Below the pieces are notes generated by a model. The model searched no databases, had not been told where the DNA came from, and saw only the letters and a list, made by a program, of their open reading frames with translations. Of a DNA stretch of 64,000 bases, positions 35,189 through 44,645 are shown piece by piece. How positions within the stretch are numbered: the stretch's first letter is position 1; each line of letters begins with the position of its first letter. The stretch spans positions 15,699 to 79,698 of the forward strand of contig JAKPEE010000106.1 of assembly GCA_029552125.1 (NCBI GenBank). The letters are read 5' to 3'. The position numbers and the translations under genes were made by a program. The stretch is from Bacillota bacterium. Lineage in GTDB: Bacteria > Bacillota > Dethiobacteria > DTU022.

Positions 35189-35533
35189 TTAGGCAAGCAA
35201 AATACTGCCCTCAAGCAAATTCTTGTAATCCCCGGTTTCCTGCTGCACTGCGGTGATTATATCAAGAGACAGCCCGATCTTTCCGCTGAAAAACCGGTAA
35301 TACGGCTTCATTCTCTCCAGCGGATTCTTTTCCCCGCTTTCGGTGACGATAAATAGATCAATATCGCTTAACCCGGTATGCTCTCCCCTGGCCACAGAAC
35401 CGACCAGCCTTATCTCTTTTATTTCAGGGAAGAGCAACAAGGCTTCCGAGGCTGCTTCCCGCAGCTTTTTGATTAACTCGCTTCTATCCAAGTAGAATGC
35501 TTTCACAGAACCTGATGATCTTATCTGCCGCAT
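35189..35533 (-). CDS. Minimal nucleotidyltransferase (MNT) domain protein, partner of the upstream HEPN protein.
   Basis: GS-x9-DxD motif LVGSVARGEHTGLSDIDLFIV. It overlaps the HEPN gene 3' end. The start is either the ATG at 35533 or the GTG at 35506. Confidence 0.75.
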   Translation of the reverse strand: MRQIRSSGSVKAFYLDRSELIKKLREAASEALLLFPEIKEIRLVGSVARGEHTGLSDIDLFIVTESGEKNPLERMKPYYRFFSGKIGLSLDIITAVQQETGDYKNLLEGSILLA

Positions 35534-35903
35534 CTACTGCCTCCTGCGCCTGCTTTTTGGTAAAGTAATCTGCGGGTTTGCCGGAAGAAAAGCCGTTGGG
35601 ATAGCGTGTGGGAATGTAATATATATCAAGCAGCTTACCCAGCTCCACAATCTCTTCTGTAATCGTGACGTTTTCCGCCAAAAGAATCAGTATCTCTGTT
35701 AGAGAGTGCCCCCATATGGTTATTCCTTTTTTTAAGGCCACTCCTTTAAGGGCTTTCTCCGCCGACTGCTGGGCGGTAAAACAAGCCCACTCGAAAAAAT
35801 GATGATCTATATCCAGTTTGGCCCGCTCCAGGTCTCTTTTACCCTGCTCGTACCAATCCTTCCACCGGTTAATGATCTTTCCTCCTCTCTTATACAAAAG
35901 CAT
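35484..35903 (-). CDS. HEPN domain protein.
   Basis: 139 aa with the typical HEPN helix pattern (FFEWACFTAQQSAEKALKGVAL...GHSL) and a closing YIPTRYP motif. It is paired with the MNT gene. Confidence 0.7.
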   Translation of the reverse strand: MLLYKRGGKIINRWKDWYEQGKRDLERAKLDIDHHFFEWACFTAQQSAEKALKGVALKKGITIWGHSLTEILILLAENVTITEEIVELGKLLDIYYIPTRYPNGFSSGKPADYFTKKQAQEAVDAADKIIRFCESILLG

Positions 35904-36047
35904 TATGCTTTTTAATGTTCATCCTGAGGCATAAAGATTTTTATGACTTAAACTTTTCATTTCGCCAGAAGTATAACATTTTTTACCAGAGATGTCAACG
36001 CTATTCTTGGCTATAAAGGGAGCAGGGGCTGCATATTGCGTTCAATG

Positions 36048-36854
36048 CTAAGGCTCTGCTTTAAGCAGCGATTTGACCAGGTTTTCCGCGGCAAACTGGC
36101 CGCCGGTCAGGGCAGCGAGGCTGCTTTCCCCACCGAAAAGGCGCTCGACGATCTGCGGGATGGCAAGCCCCTCCTGCTGCAGCCGCCCGGCGTTATACTG
36201 GAGTTCCCGCAGGTGCTCCAGGCAGGCGCGCAACGCCTCTTTTCCTTGCGGGACGATACGCCCGATAGAGGTAAAAAGGGTTAGCCGGTACGGCAGGGCC
36301 AGCAGCTTTTCCATGGAGCCCATGATCGCCCGGGCATCTTCCTCGGGACGGATCACCTTGATTTTCTCGGAAATGAAGAGATCGCCGGAAAAGCACCAGC
36401 CCCGCTCCGGTTCGACCAGGACGGTGTGATCTTCGCTGTGCCCCGGCGTTTCCACCACCTGGAAGCGGCAGTTGGCAGTCTGGATACAGTCGCCGTCCAG
36501 CGATAAAACAAGGGCCGGCTCGGGATAGCCCCAGACAAGTTCCTGGTAAGGATAAAGGGCCGGGGCCTTAGGGATAAGGCTCACGGTGCGGGGATGGGCC
36601 CAAACTTTGACCTTCAACTGCTCTTGCAACAGCCTGTTGCCGCCGATATGGTCCTCGTGATAGTGGGTACAATATGCCTGCCGCACCTCCCGGCCGCGCA
36701 GGGTTTTCACCAGCTCTGCCGCAGTATGCCGGCAGCCAGTGTCAATAAGCAGGCCGTCTACCAGGTAGGCCGCGACCCGGTAAAGCACCTTCCCGTCCAA
36801 CTCCCGTCCCATGGTCAACCGGGTGACCGGGCCGTGCTGCGAGATTTCAATCAT
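36048..36854 (-). CDS. MBL-fold metallo-hydrolase.
   Basis: HxHxDH motif THYHEDHIGG and a downstream TPGHSEDH; 268 aa. Confidence 0.8.
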   Translation of the reverse strand: MIEISQHGPVTRLTMGRELDGKVLYRVAAYLVDGLLIDTGCRHTAAELVKTLRGREVRQAYCTHYHEDHIGGNRLLQEQLKVKVWAHPRTVSLIPKAPALYPYQELVWGYPEPALVLSLDGDCIQTANCRFQVVETPGHSEDHTVLVEPERGWCFSGDLFISEKIKVIRPEEDARAIMGSMEKLLALPYRLTLFTSIGRIVPQGKEALRACLEHLRELQYNAGRLQQEGLAIPQIVERLFGGESSLAALTGGQFAAENLVKSLLKAEP

Positions 36855-37117
36855 TTCAGCTTAATCCCTCCCTGGTGGCTCTGTCTCCAAAACCCCACCA
36901 ATATTCCAGGCCAGCTAAAATATTCCACCTGCTCGCCGCATTGACCTGCCCACTCGCCAGGCCATTATCCCTGCCGGCTCCCGCAAGCAGATGACGATAA
37001 AAACATGTAGGTGATAAAACGCCTGGCGGGGTGATGCGCAGGCCGCAACCGGTGAAAGAGTAGCATAATGGGCCATGATCAGGCTAAATTAAGCCATGGC
37101 GAATTAGAATGGTGCAG

Positions 37118-39289
37118 CTAGCCCGGGTTGTTTATCCGGGCAAGCGTAGCCCTTAACGTATCCAGATCAACCGGCTTAGTAAGCTGAGATTGAAAGCCGG
37201 CCTCCCTGGCCCGCCTCAAGTCGTCAGGCCGGGCGTATCCGGTTAAAGAAATTAAGTAGACATTTCTTAGGTTTTCATGGGCTCTAAATTCCCGGGCAAC
37301 CTGGTAGCCATCCATGCCGGGAAGGCCGATATCGCAGATTAAAATCTCGGGTCTTATCTCCTTGGCCTCAGCCAGGCCCCGGTAGCCGTCTGAGGCCAAA
37401 AAGACCGTATGGCCGTCGCTTTCCAGCAGCAGTCTTAATGACTGGGCCACATCGTAATTATCCTCAATTACCAGTACCCGCTTGCTTTTAGATGAAGCTG
37501 TGGCAGCGGCTTCATTTTTCGCGGCCACATCCGGCCCGGCGGACAGGGGCAAGCGCACTGTAAACATAGATCCCTTGCCCGGCCCGTCGCTGCTTGCGGT
37601 CACCGTACCGCCGTGCAGTCTGACCAGGCCGTGGACCAGGGCCAGCCCAAGTCCCAGGCCGGCTCCATTGCGATCAAGAGTAGTGCCGGCCTGAACAAAG
37701 GGTTCAAAAATACTTTTTAATAGCTCCGGGCTTATGCCTATACCGCTGTCTTCAATACGGATATAGGCGCATTGTTCAAAGCTATCTCTTGATACAGTTA
37801 CCCGGGTATGCCCTCCGGCGGCCGTATACTTAACGGCATTGTGCAGAAGGTTTCCTACCACCTGAGAGATGCGGACGGGATCAACCTTCACATACAAGGG
37901 CTCTGATGCCGGGCGAAACTCGAGTTTTACCCCGTTTTGCTGAAAGTTTGTTTGGAAGTCTGCCACTGATCGGCTCACCAGGTCGCCCAGCTCTACCAGC
38001 TCCTTTTTCATCTCCATTTTGCCTAGAGTAATCCGGGTGATGTCAAGCAGATCGTCCACCAGGCGGGAAAGCTGTGCAGCCTGGCGGTCCATAATTTCTA
38101 TGGCCTTTGCCGCTTTAGCACTACCTGTTTCCGCCTTACTCAACAAAGAGAGGCTGAGCATGATCGAAGCCAGTGGGTTGCGAATCTCGTGGGAGAGCAT
38201 GCCTAAAAATTCTTCTTTTCGACGGTCTGCCTCCTGCAGTTTTCTTACCAGATCACGGTAGCGCGCCTCGCTCCTGCGTAGAGCCTGCTCGGTTTGCGTG
38301 CGCTCAATAAGATCCGCAGCCTGGCGTGCCAGGACGTCAAGATTGCGGATTTCCCATTCAGACAACTCATGGGGCTGGCGCCAGTACGTGGAAAACATGC
38401 CGATCAGGGTACCGCTGCGAGAGAGCAAGGGCGTTGTCTGAACGGCACGGATGCCAATCTTAAGATAGGCATCAAGATAAATACTGCCAGCCATGTAATC
38501 GCACTGTAACACGTCCGAAAAAGCTACTCTTCGCCGGGTATTCAAGGCCAGGCCACAGGAACTTCGCGAGCGTGGTGTTATCCATTGCCATACCTTGATG
38601 TCGGATTCATTAAATCCACGGTACCTTAAGAGACAAAGCTCTCCTTCCGCCCCGCGTTCAGGTATAAATAGTTGAAAGCTGGCGTAATCTGAGTGCAGGA
38701 GCATCATCGCTGTATCAAGAATCTGATCATATAGTGAATCGATATCATTGGCTTGAATCAGCTTCGTGCTAACATTTTGAAGAAGTTTGGCCCTCTCCAG
38801 CTCGATCGCAAGTTGCTTCTCGCTATGGCGCAGCAAATGTTGGGCCTTGATGTGTTCTGTAATGTCCTGGGCAACAACTATAGCACCGGTAATACCACCC
38901 GATTCGTTCTTCACCGGAACCCCTGATAAAATGATCGTGCTGGTCGCGCCGTTATGATTCTCGATTTCTACGATCACGCCCCTGGTCTCACGCCCGTAAA
39001 ATAGCGCTTGAACGGCCGGCCAGTCACCCGGCTTTAATGGCTCTCCGGTATCAGGCCAGTAGCCTTTGTATTTGCTAAAATCATGAATATGTTTCAGGGG
39101 AGCTTCACCGGCAAAGATCCGATTAGCTTCTTCATTAGCTAACGAAATTTGGCCGTTTGCCCCAATAACAAGGAGTCCGGCAGGGATGGCGGTTATTATT
39201 GTTTTAATACAACTGTTTTCAAGGGATTTATCCTGGTATGAGCCGTGTGGCATATTATGGTTATCACTGGAGACAGAAACCTCTCTCAA
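37118..39289 (-). CDS. Hybrid sensor histidine kinase / response regulator (PAS-GAF-HisKA-HATPase_c-REC).
   Basis: H-box LGMLSHEIRNPLASI, N-box LLHNAVKYT, G-boxes DSGIGI and GAGLGLGLALV. The C-terminal receiver has VLVIEDNYD...ILICDIGLPGMDGY. TTG start after GGGGAGG. Confidence 0.85.
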   Translation of the reverse strand: MREVSVSSDNHNMPHGSYQDKSLENSCIKTIITAIPAGLLVIGANGQISLANEEANRIFAGEAPLKHIHDFSKYKGYWPDTGEPLKPGDWPAVQALFYGRETRGVIVEIENHNGATSTIILSGVPVKNESGGITGAIVVAQDITEHIKAQHLLRHSEKQLAIELERAKLLQNVSTKLIQANDIDSLYDQILDTAMMLLHSDYASFQLFIPERGAEGELCLLRYRGFNESDIKVWQWITPRSRSSCGLALNTRRRVAFSDVLQCDYMAGSIYLDAYLKIGIRAVQTTPLLSRSGTLIGMFSTYWRQPHELSEWEIRNLDVLARQAADLIERTQTEQALRRSEARYRDLVRKLQEADRRKEEFLGMLSHEIRNPLASIMLSLSLLSKAETGSAKAAKAIEIMDRQAAQLSRLVDDLLDITRITLGKMEMKKELVELGDLVSRSVADFQTNFQQNGVKLEFRPASEPLYVKVDPVRISQVVGNLLHNAVKYTAAGGHTRVTVSRDSFEQCAYIRIEDSGIGISPELLKSIFEPFVQAGTTLDRNGAGLGLGLALVHGLVRLHGGTVTASSDGPGKGSMFTVRLPLSAGPDVAAKNEAAATASSKSKRVLVIEDNYDVAQSLRLLLESDGHTVFLASDGYRGLAEAKEIRPEILICDIGLPGMDGYQVAREFRAHENLRNVYLISLTGYARPDDLRRAREAGFQSQLTKPVDLDTLRATLARINNPG

Positions 39290-39559
39290 GCTATCAACCT
39301 CCCCTGGCGCATAGCCGATCTTTATTCCTGCTCATTATCCATGTTTAATGGCGATTATAATACGTATACTGCATATTCCGCAGATTTCCTTTGAAGATAA
39401 TAGTCGAATAATGACTAATTATTTTTGGGGCTCACCATGGCAGCTAGAGGGGTGATTCTCAATGCCAGCCGTTGCTATCTCGAGATGCTTAAGCAGCCGC
39501 TCTCCGGCATAACCAAATTCGTGGATCATGCGGCTGCGCCAGGCATAAACCCTTTTTGA

Positions 39560-39715
39560 TCACTCCGGTAAACACATCAATATGACGCAAGCCGCGAGAA
39601 AAAGAAGGCTGCCGCCGGCGATAAGCCAGTCGCCGTCGCGCCAGCCAGCGGCAAGGAAAAAAAAGCTGCAGAAGAGGAAGAGTAGCCAGGCTGTGAAACG
39701 CAGTTTTTTCACCAT
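39560..39715 (-). CDS. Possible 51-aa small membrane protein directly downstream of glmS.
   Basis: The ATG begins 4 nt after the glmS TAA. It reads MVKKLRFTAWLLFLFCSFFFLAAGWRDGDWLIAGGSLLFLAACVILMCLPE*, which gives two hydrophobic helices. There is no clear RBS, and it is below the ORF-track size cutoff. Confidence 0.35.
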   Translation of the reverse strand: MVKKLRFTAWLLFLFCSFFFLAAGWRDGDWLIAGGSLLFLAACVILMCLPE

Positions 39716-39718
39716 GGT

Positions 39719-41560
39719 TTACTCTACGGTAACGCTCTTGGCCAGGTTGCGGGGCTTGTCGACGGAGCAACCCCGGGCCACAGCAGCGTAGTAGGCGATG
39801 AGTTGCAGCGGCACCGCGGAGAGAACCGGGGCCAGCAGGTCCTTCACCGGGGGCAGGTAAAAGGCCCCTTCGACCTGGCGGGCTATCTCGCCGCGGCCTT
39901 CCGGGATGACGGCAAAGACGGCGCCGCCCCGGGCGTTTACTTCCTGAATGTTGCTTAAGGTTTTATCCAAAATGGACTCCTGGGTGGCCAGAACGATTAC
40001 GGGAATGCCCTCGGTGATCAAGGCGAGGGGGCCGTGCTTCAGTTCACCGGCTGCGTAGGCTTCAGCATGAATGTAAGAAATTTCTTTCAATTTAAGCGAA
40101 CCCTCCATGGCCACAGCGTAGTCCAGGTTGCGGCCGAGGAAGAAAGCATTTTCCCAGCGGGCCAGGCGGTCAGCGTAGGCGCGCAGCTCGGAGAGGCGCT
40201 CTTCGGCCAGGATTTGTTTTAAAAGCCCGGGGAGACGATCCAGGTCACGCACCAGCCTGGCCGCTTCTTCAGACGGCAGGGCTTTCCGCAGGTCACCCAG
40301 GTAGAGGGCCACCAGGTACAGGGCGATGAGCTGGGTCAGGTAGGCCTTGGTGGAGGCCACGGCAATTTCAGGGCCGGCCCGGGTGTAGAGCACTTCGTCC
40401 GCTTCCCGGGCTACCGAGCTGCCGACCACGTTGGTAACAGCCAGGACCCTGACTCCCTTTCTCCGGGCCAGGCGCAGGGCGGCCAGGGTATCGGCGGTCT
40501 CGCCGGACTGGCTCACCGTGATCACCAGGTGTTTCTGTTTCAGCAAAATGGGTTCACGGTAGCGGAATTCCGAAGCCAGGTCTACCTCCACGGGGAGCCC
40601 GGCCAGCTTTTCAATGGCGTATTTGCCCACCAGCCCGGCATGATAAGCGGTGCCACAGGCAATGATGTATATCTTTTCCAGGGCGCAAAGTTCTTCAGGG
40701 GCAAAATTTAGCTCGTTTAAATTGACCCTTCCAGCAGCGGTGTCAATGCGCTGGCGCAGGGTTTCGCGCACGGCCGTGGGCTGCTCCATGATTTCCTTGA
40801 GCATGAAATGATTGTAACCGCCCTTTTCAGCGGCTACAGCATCCCACTTCACCGTAAAAACTTCTTTTTGCAGAATCTCGCCTCCAGCCCTTGAAATTTT
40901 TACCTCTTCCGCTGTCACAGAGGCAAACTCGCCGTCCTCGAGGATATAGGCGCGGCGGGTATGGCTCAGCAGGGCGGTGATATCGGAGGCGATATAGTTT
41001 TCTCCTTCTCCCAGGCCAATAATCAAGGGGCTGTCCTTGCGGGCGCAGACCAGCCGCCCCGGCTCATGGGCTGAAAGAGCGGCCATGGCGTAGGATCCTT
41101 CCACTATTTCCGCAGTCCGGCGCAGCGCTTCAAGAAGATCTCCGGCATAAAACTCTTCAAGAAGATGAGCCAGCACCTCGGTATCCGTTTCGGAACGGAA
41201 GACATGCCCCTTTTCATCGCGCAGCCAGTCGCGCAGGGCGCTGTAGTTTTCAATGATGCCGTTATGGACAACGGCAAAGTTGCCGCAACAGCTAAGATGC
41301 GGATGGGCGTTCTCATCGGTAGGGCGGCCATGGGTGGCCCAGCGGGTGTGGCCTAGACCCACCTGGAGTGGTTTAATCTGACCCCGGACCCGTTTTTCCA
41401 ATGCGGCGATGGAACCGGCGGCCTTGACCACCCGGATCCGGTCCCCGTCCTGCAGGGCCAGGCCGGCAGAATCATAACCGCGGTACTCCAGCTTTTTCAG
41501 GCCTTCAATAAGGATGTCAAATGCCTCTCGGGGGCCGGTATAGCCTACAATTCCACACAT
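39719..41560 (-). CDS. glmS: Glutamine--fructose-6-phosphate aminotransferase (isomerizing).
   Basis: MCGIVGY N-terminal nucleophile, two SIS domains, and the C-terminal KPRNLAKSVTVE; 613 aa. Confidence 0.95.
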   Translation of the reverse strand: MCGIVGYTGPREAFDILIEGLKKLEYRGYDSAGLALQDGDRIRVVKAAGSIAALEKRVRGQIKPLQVGLGHTRWATHGRPTDENAHPHLSCCGNFAVVHNGIIENYSALRDWLRDEKGHVFRSETDTEVLAHLLEEFYAGDLLEALRRTAEIVEGSYAMAALSAHEPGRLVCARKDSPLIIGLGEGENYIASDITALLSHTRRAYILEDGEFASVTAEEVKISRAGGEILQKEVFTVKWDAVAAEKGGYNHFMLKEIMEQPTAVRETLRQRIDTAAGRVNLNELNFAPEELCALEKIYIIACGTAYHAGLVGKYAIEKLAGLPVEVDLASEFRYREPILLKQKHLVITVSQSGETADTLAALRLARRKGVRVLAVTNVVGSSVAREADEVLYTRAGPEIAVASTKAYLTQLIALYLVALYLGDLRKALPSEEAARLVRDLDRLPGLLKQILAEERLSELRAYADRLARWENAFFLGRNLDYAVAMEGSLKLKEISYIHAEAYAAGELKHGPLALITEGIPVIVLATQESILDKTLSNIQEVNARGGAVFAVIPEGRGEIARQVEGAFYLPPVKDLLAPVLSAVPLQLIAYYAAVARGCSVDKPRNLAKSVTVE

Positions 41561-41581
41561 GCAAGGTACTCCTCACTTTGT

Positions 41582-42268
41582 TCAGTTCTCCGTTAGAGCG
41601 GTGTCTTCAATCCGCTCCAGGTTAATCGTTACCGTTATCTCTTCGGGAATCAGGGTTACTCCCGGCAGTTCTTCACCCTGGCTGTCCACCGCTACCGGAA
41701 TGGCCCGGCGGCGGGTCTGCCCGCTGAGGCCGCTCTGATCAATATGAAGGACAACCTGGTCAATTAGTTCAAAGGTTGACCGGGGCGCTTCCGCCCGCAC
41801 ATACTCCGGTTCTACGGAAAAAGTTTTTCTGGTCCAGCCCTGGGCCGGCTCTCCGTAAAAATCCACGGCTACCTGGAACTCGCCGGAAGCCAGTGCTTCG
41901 AGAGTTATATTTACCTGCTGGGGAGAAAAAGTGATCAGGCTCAGGCCGCGGGGCGGCTTCCCTCTTACGCGAAGCTGGTGGGTACCGGGGCCTTTTTCAG
42001 CCAGGTCAACATAAGCTTCCAGTTCGTCCACGGTTAAACCTTCGAAGGCAGCGGGAAGCCCCTCCAGGATTACGGATACAGACGCCGGCATACCCGTAAC
42101 GACAAGGCCGCTTTCCAGGTTTTCTACGCTTAAGGGAACGCCCTGGATTTCCTTGCGGACCGGAGTAGTGCGGGTGATATTGTCACCCATGACAAAAAGC
42201 CACAGGGCAATGGCCATAAACAGGGCCAGAATCCGGGCAAACATGTTGCTGCGTAGAAACTTTTCCAT
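41582..42268 (-). CDS. cdaR: YbbR-domain protein (CdaR-like regulator of CdaA).
   Basis: N-terminal TM helix followed by YbbR-like beta repeats. It lies immediately downstream of cdaA, as in other Firmicutes. Confidence 0.7.
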   Translation of the reverse strand: MEKFLRSNMFARILALFMAIALWLFVMGDNITRTTPVRKEIQGVPLSVENLESGLVVTGMPASVSVILEGLPAAFEGLTVDELEAYVDLAEKGPGTHQLRVRGKPPRGLSLITFSPQQVNITLEALASGEFQVAVDFYGEPAQGWTRKTFSVEPEYVRAEAPRSTFELIDQVVLHIDQSGLSGQTRRRAIPVAVDSQGEELPGVTLIPEEITVTINLERIEDTALTEN

Positions 42269-42270
42269 TA

Positions 42271-43107
42271 TTATTTACTATTCCTCCACGGCCAGAAACT
42301 GATTCCCTCGCTGCGGGGCGGGGCGCACAAATCAGTCAGGACGGAACGCAGTTTCTTCTCGTCCAGGTAGCGGGTCAAAATACCGTTATGGGCTACAGAG
42401 ATAACTCCCGTCTCTTCGGAGACGATAATGGCCACGGCGTCGGATTGCTCTGAAGCGCCGATGCCGGCCCGGTGCCTTGTACCAAGCTCTTTATTCAGGT
42501 ACGGATCATCGGTTAGCGGCAGAAAACATCCGGCAGCAACGATCTGGTTGCCCCGGATAATTACCGCCCCATCATGCAGGGGGCTGCGCGGAAAAAAAAT
42601 ATTGATTAACAGTTCGGCGGAGACAATCCCCTCCACCAGGATGCCTGTTTCCACCCAGTCTTTCAAGCCTGTTTCCCGCTCCATAATGATCAGCGCGCCG
42701 ATGCGTTTCTTCACCAGAACAGGAATGGCTTTGAGCAGCTCGTTGAGCATCTGGTCGAATTCCTGGGGGTTCCAGTTCCAGTAGCTGCGCTGGAAAAGCT
42801 TGCCCCGCCCCAACTGCTCCAGGGCCCGGCGCAGCTCCGGTTGAAAAACAATGGGGATGGCGATGGCCAGCCCCACAGTCGCCTGGCGCAGCAGCCAGTG
42901 CAATGTATTCAACTGCAGTTGATAGCTGGCGATCATCGCCAGAAGCAACAGCAGCAAACCTTTGACCAGTTGCTCGGCGCGGGTGCCGCGGATAATCAAA
43001 ATAAGGCGGTAGAAAACATAGGCCACGATGAGGATATCAATCGTGTCGCGCCACCAGTTGATATTTAGCTGTGATATTGCGGTAATAATGGTGTCCCAGA
43101 TGCCCAC
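42271..43107 (-). CDS. cdaA: Diadenylate cyclase CdaA (DisA_N/DAC domain).
   Basis: Three N-terminal TM helices. The DAC domain has HDGAVII and GTRHRAGIGASEQSDAVAIIVSEETG. Confidence 0.9.
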   Translation of the reverse strand: MGIWDTIITAISQLNINWWRDTIDILIVAYVFYRLILIIRGTRAEQLVKGLLLLLLAMIASYQLQLNTLHWLLRQATVGLAIAIPIVFQPELRRALEQLGRGKLFQRSYWNWNPQEFDQMLNELLKAIPVLVKKRIGALIIMERETGLKDWVETGILVEGIVSAELLINIFFPRSPLHDGAVIIRGNQIVAAGCFLPLTDDPYLNKELGTRHRAGIGASEQSDAVAIIVSEETGVISVAHNGILTRYLDEKKLRSVLTDLCAPPRSEGISFWPWRNSK

Positions 43108-43594
43108 GTTGGCGCTGATCCCTCTTTAGAATTCATGCCCCGGTTATTGAAGGCTTTATAGCTTATTCGCCTTCATTTATGTAAATACCTTCAATGAAAA
43201 GGAAAAGTTCTATCGGTAGATCCAGTCACTTTTTCCAAACCGCCGGTCAACTGCAGCACCACTGTGCTCAAGCCAATCAATCCGATCCGGCCAGGCAGGG
43301 CCAAGCCGCTGCGCGAGGCCAGGTATAACCGGCCGGGTTCAAGACAAAGGCCGGGGAGCTACCGCCCCACCAGGGCAGCCGGTTTGGCATTATCAGCGGA
43401 ACGGGAATCACCCTTCACCGTTGTGCCGGTTAACCATGGCACGTCTTCCCGGCGCAGCGCAGTACAGACCGCAATTGCTTCTACTGATAGTATGAAGAAC
43501 TGGGGGGGATTCATTCTCTATTTTTCTGGTTTAAGAGGGAAACCACCGTAAAAAGAGCCTGCCATCTGAACCGGCGGGCTTACAGGTCATTCCT

Positions 43595-44605
43595 TCAGGA
43601 AAGGACGATGGGGATGTCTGAGCCGCAGCCCCGGCAGCGTCTCCCTTCCAGCCCGGCCAAAACAGTCCGGTACCCGCTGCGCCTGATTAAAAGTGCGCCA
43701 CAGGAAGGGCAAACGGTGTCTGAAGAGCCGGGCAGTTCCACATTGCCCAGGTAAACAAAATTCATCTTTTTTTGGGCCAGCTCCCGCGCCTGCTTAAGTG
43801 TTTCTAGCGGTGTGGGCGGTAAATTCATTTCATACCGGGGAAAGTAGCGGGAGAAATGCAAAGGAATATTGGGGTTGATCTCCGCCAGCCAGTCGCTTAA
43901 AGCTTCTATTTCCGCGGGATCGTCGTTGAGTGTCGGGATAAGGAGGCAGGTTACCTCCACATGGCTGCGGGAAGCGGCCAGCTCCACCGTCTTTAACACA
44001 GGGCGGCGCATCCCCCGGCAGTAACGGCGGTAGAAGTGGTCGCTGAAGGCCTTGACATCAATATTGAAAGCATCTATAAAGGGGAGCAGCTGTAACAGCG
44101 CCTCCCGGCTAATAAACCCGTTGGTGACCATGACATTGCGGTAGCCGTGGCTGTGCAGCAGGCGGGCCGTATCGAAGATAAATTCATACCAGACCGTGGG
44201 TTCGTTATAAGTGTAGGCCACGCCCAGGACTTCTTCCGGCCCGCCTTCGCGCCGCAGCATCTGTAAAACCTGTTCCGGGCTCAAACGGAGGCAGCCCGTT
44301 TCTGTTTCGGGATTGCCCCGGGCCAGGGACCAGTTCTGGCAGAAGCTGCAGGAGAAGTTGCAACCCAAGGTGCCCAGGGAGAGAATGGGCCGGCCGGGAT
44401 GGAAATGATAAAGGGGCTTTTTTTCCACCGGGTCCCAATGGACGGCGGCACAGAGACCGTAAGTGGCTGTATAGAGCTCCCCCTGCATCACCTTGCGGGC
44501 GCCGCAGAACCCGGCCTCCCCTTCGGCGATGCGGCAGCGCTGCGGGCAAAGCAGGCAGCGCACTGTGCCTTCTTTTTCCTTTTCATAGTAAAGTGCTCTG
44601 TGCAT
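43595..44605 (-). CDS. AmmeMemoRadiSam-system radical SAM enzyme (PFL-activase-like).
   Basis: N-terminal Cys pair CLLCPQRC and CxxxCxxC radical SAM cluster GCNFSCSFCQNW; 336 aa. It lies directly downstream of the AMMECR1-fusion gene. Confidence 0.75.
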   Translation of the reverse strand: MHRALYYEKEKEGTVRCLLCPQRCRIAEGEAGFCGARKVMQGELYTATYGLCAAVHWDPVEKKPLYHFHPGRPILSLGTLGCNFSCSFCQNWSLARGNPETETGCLRLSPEQVLQMLRREGGPEEVLGVAYTYNEPTVWYEFIFDTARLLHSHGYRNVMVTNGFISREALLQLLPFIDAFNIDVKAFSDHFYRRYCRGMRRPVLKTVELAASRSHVEVTCLLIPTLNDDPAEIEALSDWLAEINPNIPLHFSRYFPRYEMNLPPTPLETLKQARELAQKKMNFVYLGNVELPGSSDTVCPSCGALLIRRSGYRTVLAGLEGRRCRGCGSDIPIVLS

Positions 44606-44645
44606 GGCTAATCACCTGCGGGCACGGCCCGCCGCGCCAGTTGAC

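Noticed and set aside
39290-39560. Short minus-strand frame (MIHEFGYAGERLLKHLEIATAGIENHPSSCHGEPQK*) between the small ORF and the histidine kinase gene.
   Set aside because: It is only 36 codons, has no RBS, and has no recognisable family. It may be a gene fragment, but the evidence is insufficient to annotate it.
41561-41581. Expected glmS ribozyme upstream of glmS.
   Set aside because: Only 21 nt separate cdaR and glmS. The long region upstream of cdaA (43108-43594) also lacks the ribozyme core strings as I recall them (AGCGCC...GGCGCC, GACGAGG).
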